Shown piece by piece: positions 46,060 through 56,149 of a stretch of DNA of 64,000 nucleotides (its first letter is position 1; each line of letters begins with the position of its first letter). The stretch comes from Takakia lepidozioides (lineage: Eukaryota > Plantae > Bryophyta). The stretch is from contig CM060731.1 of the NCBI GenBank assembly GCA_030704615.1, forward strand, positions 67,766,001 through 67,830,000. Reading direction: 5' to 3'. The notes beneath the pieces are model-generated. The model did not search any database. It had not been told where the DNA came from and worked only from the letters and a program-made list of their open reading frames with translations. The position numbers were made by a program, and so were the translations under genes.

Positions 46060-47009
46060 TTACAAGAGGAAAAAATGCCATGAAGATATGTCAAAGTGCA
46101 CGTTGTGTCTAACGCAGCCAGAATCCATAGAGCACTGCCTCATTTCTTGTTCTTTATCTAATAGGGTTTGGAGAGCAGTTATGGCCTTCTATTCTCACTG
46201 GTCCTCCTTCCCTTAGCCCCTTCCCCCCACCTTGTTGCTGCTCAATTGCTTACTTGGCCAACCTCACTGTACCTACCCAGTTTGGGCTACTTTGAGAGCA
46301 CACACTATGTGGAACTTGTGGAAGGCAAGGTGCACTTGGGTATATGAGGGTAAACCCCCTAGAGGCAGATCAATTTTGTTTTGTACTTACTTTCATTTGT
46401 TGACTGAGGGGAGGAAAGCCTAGGGGATGGTCTGTGCAGCCTCTTCCCAGAACTTCAGAACGGCGGGGGAAGAAGCTGCTCCAAGATTTCCATGACTCAT
46501 GGGGCAAAGGGTGCCTGCTCGGAACCAGCCTTCCCAACCTTCAATTTCACTGGAAAGACACCCTCCTCCCTCAATGGGAGGTCCCCTGGTGAGGGGGAGG
46601 AGGTGGAATTCAACTGGCGCCACAAGAAAGCAAGAGATTCAAAGCTAAAAACCTAGTTGAAATTCTAGTACCTGCTGACTCCTTGGAGAATGATTCCTTC
46701 AGCCTCTTTTTGCTCCAGCTCGAGCATAGGAGGCCTGCTCCTTGTCTACATTTCTTCTCTATCACTGCTACTTTCTTACTAGAGAATCAATCTTTTCACA
46801 TCCCCTCTCATCAACGCCCATGCCTGCTTAGTCGCTCCATCTTTCTCTACTGCATAGCTAGTTGGTTTTTAGAGTCACAAGGAAGTTTCCCCTAAGTAAG
46901 CCTTCACGGCCCTAGTAGTGGTTATTTTTTCCACTGTTCTGACCTTTATTTATGAATTTGACTAAAAGGGCCTCCGTCCCCTTTGTCTAATAATAATAAT
47001 AATAATAAT
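46060..47009 (+). mobile_element. 5'-truncated L1 (zf-RVT end + 3' UTR) with (TAA)n tail
   Basis: CTLCLTQPESIEHCLISC and WNLWKARC. 3' hairpin, then (TAA)7 at 46988-47009. Confidence 0.8.
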
Positions 47010-48829
47010 CTCGGCAATTAATCGTAGTGAAGTGTATAGCTTGAATAATATTAAATTGATTTCTTTGTATTCAAACTAAATTTGATTTTGATATTTAGAT
47101 ATGAAAAATTACAATTGAAATAATATTAAACCTACAATATATGTACTTTAAACTTCAATAATGTCCGATAAATTATAAAAAATAAATTTTCAATCTCAAT
47201 CTTAGTATATAGAATAATGTAAAATAATATATTCTTACTTTCTTTCTTGTGTTGGTTACCTTGTAGCTTATTTTGGGGAGTCGATCGCAAGACTGGTTTC
47301 ATTGCTAACCAAAACACTAATATGGGTTGGTACATTAGTATAACCCCTGTTTTCCAATTTCCACAAGCTCAAGTTTTTCTCAAATCATTGGTCTCTTCAG
47401 ATTCCCTAAGATGTCCATCATAATTTCATAAGCTTAAAATCGAATATTATTACGATAAATAAATTAATAAAATAAAATATATAATAAAATAATTCGGGAA
47501 ATATGATAAATGCTTTACCAATAGGTGCATTTAGGATAGGTTTTATTTGGTTGAGTTGTAACATGGACAAGTTTATTTTTCCCCCTCCTCAAGGGCCTGA
47601 ATTGTGAGTAGTCGCTCCCAGGTTTTTTTTTTTTTTAAAGAAAAAAACATTATATGTTTTTTACATGGACGCGTAGTCTCCTATTTATGGAGTAGCCAAT
47701 AAATCAAGGAGGCAAAACGATGTGTTTAGTTGCTACTGGCATATCATTGTCTTAACTCAAATTCTAGGGCCATTAATCAAAGTAGTGTGTAGCTTATTTA
47801 AATGGGAATTTCAAACTTTCAAATGTCACTTCTATACATTATTTCCCATGCCTTCTTCTTTGTTTAGGCACTCATAACTTCACAATCTTCCCTTCAACAT
47901 TGACACAAATACAATTTAATGACAACGTTCTAAATGGACAAGATTAGCAATCGAACCCTCGCGTGTCTCCATCATGTTGAGGCACCAACATCGACGTTTT
48001 CCACCCTTGCAAACTCACATAACAAATAGGGCCTCTCAAATTTGAGTTACGACAATTGTAGATTTGTTTGTCAATTGTACAATCACCATTCAATGTCCTT
48101 TGTCTTAAGTTGTAATTTTTTTTTAATGATATTCCATTAATACATCTCTTATGCTTATCACAAGATTTATGCAACAAGCGACCCGAAACGGGTCGCAACC
48201 ATTTTCATCCACAGTGAATTTCCGGAGATGAATATGGATGAAAAAAGTCATTGAATGAAAAGTGAACGCTACATCCAAGAGCAATAGGCCGATTTTATTG
48301 CGCCCCAAAACACTAGAAACGTAGCTACAATTTTCTAAAGCCCTAGTGGTACCCAAAAATCTATGGCTGAGGGGCCCGCCAGCACAGTTGATCTCCCCAC
48401 ATGGCAAAACTCCTCATCATAATATATCATCTTGTTGTCGTTGCAACGAGCAATTCATTAATATTCTGATAGCTTGAGATTCTAAAGTAGATCACACTGT
48501 CTCTAATTGCTCAAAAATAAGTTATTAGATCTGTGGTATCATTATAGTAGACACCAAAGACGGATCATGGATGAGTGACATACAATGACCATTACATACT
48601 AACTCAAAATAAAATTTCTTGGTGCTAACATGGACCATATAAGTCCGACAAGTAAATGCGAGAAAAGATAAGAAAATGTCTCATTCGTGAATCAGAGCAT
48701 CACTGACTCAAAGTTTAAACATACAACACATAGTTTGATTGAAATGCATCTATTCATTTGAAATGGTAAAGAACAAATATACCATGAATTTTGAATCCCC
48801 AAGTTGAAATATGAGAGATTGCAATTCCA

Positions 48830-49640
48830 ACTCTTAATTCTCTCATCAATTCAAATTTCCTATAGATAGCAAATTGATTTTGTTCTGGTGGATTTGCTCC
48901 AAAGAGCTGGAAGAAGCGGACTTTCCACGCATGGAGAAGGAGGCGGCGGTGGTCATGTGTATGTTGGAGATGCACCTTCCTCCCTCCTTCTTTGACATCC
49001 AAGTGCACTTGGTAGTGCACTTAGTGGAAGAGGCTTCAATTGCCCACCCTGTTCATTCTCGGTGGATGTACTACCTTTTGCAAGAGGCTATGTTCTACTG
49101 CATGGAGTACTTGGCAAGGGTGGATAAGGAAGCCCCTCCGATGTGGAAAGAAGATGAGGATGTACGAATCAATGACATCGTTTTGCCCAAAAATTCAAAG
49201 AGGGTAAAATTACCCATCATGGTGATTAACCAACATGAGTAGGAGGCAAGATACAATAACCTTGTTCAACAATGACAGGAGGAGACAGTTGCGTGGAGGC
49301 GGAACCATGCAAGGGCGACTACACGCGCTCTGCGAGCAAGGGGCCGGCATAGGAATGTGTCTTCACAAGATTTGTCCATGGAATTGCAGCCTCTAAGTTC
49401 ATTCCGCCATTGGCTTCATATTGAAGTAAAGGATAGCATTGCGAAAGGTGAGGTGGTTTCAGATTTGGTGCAAGACATTGCAAGGGCATGGTTCATTGAT
49501 GATCATGGTAACATTTATGGAAATTGGTCACAACATTCCTTTTCAATCATTAAGTGAGGGCATAAAGGTCATGATTATGTCACTAGTTATGTTTATGATT
49601 TTGATCTTTATTGTGGAAAAATTGAAGGGCTTGATATAAG
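48830..49640 (+). pseudogene. CACTA transposase remnant (DUF4218 region)
   Basis: MCMLEMHLPPSFFDIQVHLVVHLVEEA..PVHSRWMY. Confidence 0.85.
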
Positions 49641-50479
49641 AGTGGGAAGGGTGAGGGACATGATGTAATAACCAGGTTGGTATCTCCACCGCATGGCCTT
49701 GGTCATGTCATGGTGACCGACAAATTATCACCTCACCTCAATTGCTCTATAACATGGCAATGCTTGGCACTTGGGCCATTGGCACAGTGAGGTTGAGTCG
49801 CCAGGGTCTATCCCCCTACCTTGATTGCCATGAAAAAAAATCCAAAATAGCGCGACAGGAGGACTTTTGGTTCAAATATCAACCTTGTTGGTATCTATAG
49901 ATGTACGTTGCATGCAATAAATTTTCCATGGTGCATCGATATGCAACCAATTTTAATGAGTGTTAGAAGAGCTGTAGCAAGGAGTCCTTCCTCAAGTGAT
50001 CATCAAAATGAGATCATCCAACTTGTTGTCGAGCTGAGAAAACCATGATGCTCAATCATCGTTGTTAAAATAATGACATCCAATAGATAGCCCACCAGAT
50101 AGGACCTTGTGGGTTCAAAACCATATAAGTGTGTCAATGGATGTCATAAAAGGTGCCCACCTTTCCATTGAAAGACACTAGCCCTTTGGGGTCAACAAGT
50201 TACGCTTGCTTTAAAAAGAATCCGCATTTTTTTTCTTTTTTTTTTCATTAAAGCACTATTAGCATTGGAGTGAACGGTGTTTTTTGGCAAATATCGAAGC
50301 TACTTGTACAATGGATCCCATTAGGAGGGGAGAAAATTTGCCATAATACGCCAGTGACGGAATATTAAGTGTCTGATCAACATGGGTTTGTCAAAACATG
50401 TCACCTATCATCAACAACATTTCAACAGTGTGTCAGCTCGTAATTTTTGCCATATGGGCGACGAGTAGAATACACCTAT

Positions 50480-51080
50480 AGACCATTCCGCTAGTGACTT
50501 TTGAAAGTAATGAAGAAAAAACCACTAATCAGAGTTCTCATTGACTGTTGAGGAGATAATATTTGTTGTAGGAGAAGCACGACCCACCCTTTCCAGCATT
50601 CCATCAACTTTGTAGGCTTCTTGAGTACCTTCAAATGTAAAAGATCATCAATTTCAACCACAAAATGACTTCCATGGAGAGATTAATAAAAGGTTTGACT
50701 CCAAATATAATGGCCAAAACCTTTTTTTTCCTGCAATTGAGTAATTCCTCTTATGCAACTAGTCTAATTTCATTGAAGCATAAACAACTCCAGTTTTCTT
50801 CATCAGCCTGGATCAAATATTCCTAACATGAAATGGCTGAAAATGGCCCCACATAAGCATCAGAGTTTGCAATTTGAATGACTGGGTACAATGTGAAAAA
50901 ATCAGAATAGACACAAGACTAGTCCTGAAGGCAATTTTCAACTTTAATTCAAATGTCATCTTTTGTATCTTTCTCCAATCAAACCTCACATCTTTACTTG
51001 AAAGCTTGACCAAGATATTTACATAAGGCTTTCTTCATGATGAACGGGTAATAATAAGATATCAACCCAAAGAATTTAAC
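50480..51080 (-). pseudogene. Decayed Ty3/gypsy RT-connection/RNase H remnant
   Basis: Fragments FGLISYY, SKDVRFDW, LHGSHFVVE parallel GLASYY, KDARFEW, LHGSRFVVE of the element at 57.9-58.4 kb. Confidence 0.6.
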
Positions 51081-51199
51081 TTGATACAGTATTCCTTAGG
51101 GGTGGACCGATTAAGTTACCACACTATGTCATGTAGAAGGGGTTGTTTTTTATTTTATTTTTTTCCCTACTATTTTTATAGCTTCTCATTGAACAATAA

Positions 51200-51770
51200 T
51201 AGGGTCATGAATGCCTGCGCGTGCGGCTGCGGCGGGGCCCGCGTGTGGCAGAGGGGTCGCGGTCTGCTGGGTCTACCCGCCAAGTCTGCTGGGACGACAA
51301 AACACATGATTTGCTGGGGCCCACAATATGCACATAAAGCATTAGTTATTGGAAGGGCTTGTAGAATGTGGTGGGTAGTGTGGTGGTTTAAAGCAATGAA
51401 TAATATACACGAGGTTTGATGTTCAAATCTTGTTAGGTTGTACTGTGGCAGTAATGTGTGTTATTAAATGTATATTTTGTCGAAGGGTCTAGAGGTCTGT
51501 TGGAGGGTCCAAGCCGGTCTGCTTGGAGGGTCTGCCGGTCTGCTGGAGGGGGGTCTGCTCGTCGGTCTGCTGGAGGGTCTACCTGTCTGCTAGAAGGTTA
51601 GACTCGGTCTGTTGGAGGGTCTGCCCAGTCCGCTAGAAGGTCCGCCACGGTAGATGAACAAGGACTTAGAAAAATTTCAGTATCTGGCTGACCCGGTGAA
51701 TGGGCGGTGGGCTTATGAGCTCACCCCAAGGGCCGTACTGGCGGGGCCCGCCCGTGCATTCATGACCCTA
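51200..51770. mobile_element. Non-autonomous hAT-like element
   Basis: TIR TAGGGTCATGAATGC / GCATTCATGACCCTA, GC-rich subterminal motifs, internal GGTCTGCTGGAG repeats. No matching 8-bp TSD. Confidence 0.75.
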
Positions 51771-52074
51771 TTATTAAAAAATGAGAGGTTTATATATACA
51801 ATACAATATGTAAATATATCTTATATATCTTATATATTTATTTATTATACAATGTTCTATTTCAGCATATTCTAATAAGTATTATAGATAGTGATAAGGA
51901 GCCGTGTATATAATAATCTGTATTGTTTTGCCCATGACATTAATTGTTTTGTTAGTACCTATTTCATAAGAGAATGCTAAGATTAATGTAAGAACCTAAT
52001 GCACAAGTGCAATCTCTGACATGACAGTATACTGGTTTTCGGCATGTCAAATCTTCCCCACCCTCGCTCAAGAG

Positions 52075-52365
52075 TAATATGGAACTGAAGGGAGTGTAAA
52101 TCCAGTTGGGATGACACTGGGTTACATGGGAGGGAGTTTAACTCCACTCGGGATTATACCGGGTTACACTGAAGGGAGTATAACCCCACTCGGTGTAACT
52201 CACACTTGGTCTCGAAATTTGACTAAGTCCAAATTTGGTGAAGTATAAAATGGACTAAGAAGAGTTACACAAGACACAGTGACACTACCGAGGGTTACAC
52301 CAACCCGGGTTACACTAGCTGGAGTTACACAGACCTAAGATTATGTTAGCCAGGGTTACACTAGA
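52075..52365. repeat. Array of GGGTTACAC/GAGTTACAC motifs (transposon subterminal-type repeats)
   Basis: About 7 dispersed copies in 290 bp. Confidence 0.6.
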
Positions 52366-54027
52366 CATTCATCAAGATTCAAACCCGACACCTGCTGCCT
52401 GCACTACCATCACCTTACTCTAAAGCACAATGTTCAAGTTTTAAAATTTTCAACATTTATTTCATTTTGATTGGAAATATATTTTATGCGAGAAATAATC
52501 TGAAGTAAAACTTTAATTTAATGCAGTAGTGTAATCTGACGGTACTTTTGTCGGATTTAGGTGGTGTCGGCTCCTTGAGCTTTGTTGAGAAAAGGGGATA
52601 TTGGATCAACTGCTTACTTACCCTCCCACGTTGTCCTAGTTATGGGCATTAGCAGGTGTTTACCCGTTTAAACGGAAGATAGTAGCCGTTCAATAAGCAG
52701 GACTTGCCAATCCACATCTAGTCGCCTGTTCTGAGAGGCTTGAGACAATGCCGATTATGTCGAAACACCATAAATCAAAACTATTCATCAATCAATGGTA
52801 CTGTTTTTTAATTATAGAAAGAAAAGATTCCTACTATAGCTAACGTAATAGGAGCAACTTCATTTTAATGGCTATTGCTCTGCCAAGGGTGGGTTCTATA
52901 AAGATTTTTATAGATCAAAATCTTTAACAAGTAGATTTAAAATATTTAAACATAGAGACTAAAATAGATGTACACACATCTAGTATCCATGTAGAGTTTG
53001 TTGATGTGTATATATAATATATATTAATAGATCTATATTCTAAATTATCCAAAATATAGACAAGAGACAAAATCCAATGTTAAGAGTTTTGACATTTCAT
53101 TACCTATTGCCATTATATATATATATATATACACTATTGTAATGTATTATTAAATTGAAACACGCTCACTACAAAACCAAAGTGTTGAACTTGTGATGGT
53201 AACCTTTGTTTGGTGATTTTTATCATAATTAATATTTAGAAGTACTATAACATTTACATTGTCGGAATGTGAACAAACAATAATAATAATAATAATAATA
53301 ATATTAGAGTAGATTCACCAGAAATCCCGGCATCTCGCCGCTTACACTACCATCACCTTACGAGTAGGCTCCTCACCGCTTCTTCACAACCTCCTACATT
53401 CTAAATTATTTAATACTGAATCCGGAGTGAGGAGGATTTGACAAGGGGCCCGCCAAATGAGCCCAGGCTGCCAGCAAAAGTATCGTTAGATTGTTTGATT
53501 GCACGGTGCCCTTAAGTTCTTATATTATTCCTATTGTTTTCCGTTTCATACGTACACTTCATTGTTTGATGTTGTCAAGTGAAATGTTGTGGCGGTTATT
53601 TTTAGGTTTTTCGTGCTTTAAACCAATAATTTTATCAATACAAAATATTATTAACATAAATTTATAAATATTTGTAGATTTATAACTCAAATTTAAATTT
53701 AGGATTCAAAATTTTCCATATATATTCAAATCATTACATTTTAACTCTTTTAAATGAATGTATAAACATAATGGTTGTCTGTTTTATGACTCATAATAGT
53801 TTATATACATAAAAATATTATTATCTTAAAACTATATATATATATATAATAAAGAAAAACACCTGGGAGCGACAGCTCACAAATCATGCCCCTTGATAGA
53901 GAGAGGAGAAAATAACCTCTCAGTAACCTCGCCATAAGGCTTGTAAAGCCCCATATTTGCTTAGCCTAGAAATGGCCCGTTTCATCCAAAACGGCGATAC
54001 ACATCCACAGTATATTTTTTTGGCGTA

Positions 54028-54349
54028 TGAAGCCGTGAAACCGTCACAATGATATCTAGGTTAGGGTTAGTTTTTGCTGGTGGCTCTCGATCCTGGCCTT
54101 CATCAGATCTAGGGCTACAATGCGGCGCCGTGGGCTTTGGCTTGTGATGCCTCGCCACGCGGCGGGCCACTACGACTAGGGCTTTTGTATAAAGACGGCG
54201 ATATGTGATTTTGGTGTACAAGCTTTGGATGAGAGCTGCTTTGTGTCAGATCCGTGTGTTTGATCCTCCTCTCGCGCGTTGCTTGCTCTTTCCGCTCGCC
54301 CCTTTGTTGTGCAACCTTACTTCTTGAGAGGAAATGAGTATATGCTTCA
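54028..54349 (+). repeat. Putative 5' LTR
   Basis: TGAAGC...GCTTCA termini, TATAAA near 54188, just upstream of the PBS. No second copy to confirm the boundaries. Confidence 0.45.
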
Positions 54350-54360
54350 GGCTTGTTTTA

Positions 54361-54378
54361 TGGTGGAGACGCCGGGGA
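54361..54378 (+). promoter_or_regulatory. Primer binding site, tRNA-Ala
   Basis: TGGTGGAGACGCCGGGGA is complementary to a tRNA-Ala 3' end (..CCCCGGCGTCTCCACCA). Confidence 0.8.
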
Positions 54379-54414
54379 CGAACTGAGCCTACGCTGGCTC
54401 GAGAATTAAACAGT

Positions 54415-56030
54415 ATGCCCTCTTATCTTATTCATGTTCAGGGGGTAGAAGGGTCTGGTTTGGATGTCTGGGCTACTATGAGTGGTATGCCGGCCCCAGT
54501 AGCAAGTCTAATGTGCCTTGATTAGCCTCCCTAATCCCACTCTCGGGGGAGGGACTAGCTCTTTGAATTCAAGTTTGCATCCGAGTGTTGTACCTTTGTT
54601 GAATGTCTCAGGTCTTGCTGCGGGTGGGCCATCAGTGCCCTTCACCTCGTCTGTTGGTCTTGCAAGTCATGTGAGAACTCTTCCTGCTCAATAGATGGGG
54701 GGATTACCACGGACTGCAGCTAATCAGGTTATGGGTGTACATGCATGCTAGCAATGTCAATACAATCCCTGTTCATGCTAGCAATTTAAGCTCTAGAACT
54801 GCTCCTATGGTGGGAGTGACATCCACTCCTCCCATGAGTGGTGTGCCACAACCCCACCTACAGTCAGTCTACCCAGCTGCTCAGTCAAATGTGGTGTCAC
54901 ATGCCCTTCCCATGGGCATGCAGGCACCACATGCAAGTCTGTCATCCTCTAGTATGGGATCAGCCATTAGTGGGATTAATCAAAGTGTTGCATCTGCTGT
55001 TAATTCTATACATGCTGCCAATACCTCTTATGTTCCTACTCAGGCTACTGTTCCCTGCTGCGTTGCTCATGCTTCTGTTCTCCCTGGGCACATATACCAT
55101 AGTCTGTCTTGTCATCTGATCCCTCAGCTCACCACTCAACCCTATCCAGAGTATATTATGCGGGAAGACTTTGATAGGTACCTTCAAATATTTGAAGTCA
55201 TTGCTAGCGTAAATGGAGTATCTGAGAACTTCAAGATGGCCATCTTTAGGATGAGCATGAATGGACCAGCCCGGGACTTGCTGCATGCAGCAGTCATGGA
55301 TGATCCCAGCCTCAATTGGGCGACCCTTATAGAATGGGCTAAGACCTTGTTCAAGCCTCCTGAAAGACCTCTAGACTGCTTTGCTAAGCTCTCTTCCAGG
55401 ACTTACCAGCCTGGAGAATCCCTGTGGCAGTTTTACATGGACATCAAGTTTGCTGCTGTTGAGAACATTATTGACCCAGCAAAGAGAGATCGCATGGTCA
55501 AAAGGTATTTTCTCCTTGGCTTGCCCCCTGCTATTCAAAACTAGGCTCAGCGTTGTCATTTTATCAATGACAAAACCATGTTAGCAGAAATTAACCTCAA
55601 GATGGCAGACTTGGCTGACAGCAAATCAACGCAACATCATGCCAAGTTTCAAGCTCTAATGGGCTCCGAGCTTGGCATGGCTGCAACGTGTGTGCCTTAT
55701 GTTCCTCTTGCTATGCATTGTAAGACGGATGACTTCACTCTTCAAGGATTGGCCAACATAGTAGGCAATCTTAGTGAGTCTGTAGCCACTCAATTTGTTG
55801 CAATGCAAGCCCACCAACAGCGTTGGCAGCCTTGCCAGGCACAAGGGCCAACAAGTGGTAATGATAGGGGTCGTACCCAAACTGGGCAGGCATATGAAGG
55901 TAACCGTGCTGCATGCTATATCTGTGGATCTTTTGAACACTGGACTAAGCATTGTCCAGACAGGGCAGGATTACCAGAGCTGATCAAGAACAGGAAAGCT
56001 GCTAGCGGTTCTTTCCCTCCTTTAAACTAA
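54415..56030 (+). pseudogene. gag (disrupted by stops)
   Basis: FDRYLQIFE..GPARD..YQPGESL..FLLGLP and zinc knuckle. Start approximate. Confidence 0.75.
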
Positions 56031-56080
56031 GGAGACCTCTTGGGAAGGGGACAAGAGGTCAATCATCTACCAACCCTACC
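56021..56080 (+). promoter_or_regulatory. -1 programmed ribosomal frameshift signal
   Basis: T TTA AAC in gag phase directly before TAA, 6-nt spacer, perfect 9-bp stem gacctcttg/caagaggtc (56034-56060). Confidence 0.7.
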
Positions 56081-56149
56081 TCTCTTATACCAGTTCAAGC
56101 TGTTTTATCTACTAACTTCGAGGCCTCCTCTTAGCAGAAGGGCTGCTGA

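Noticed and set aside
51490-51645. CRISPR-like short repeats
   Set aside because: Degenerate near-tandem GGTCTGCTGGAG units with no unique spacers, in a eukaryotic TE context.
52080-52185. miR319-like actgaagggag
   Set aside because: Only an 11-nt match inside a repeat array, with no precursor hairpin.
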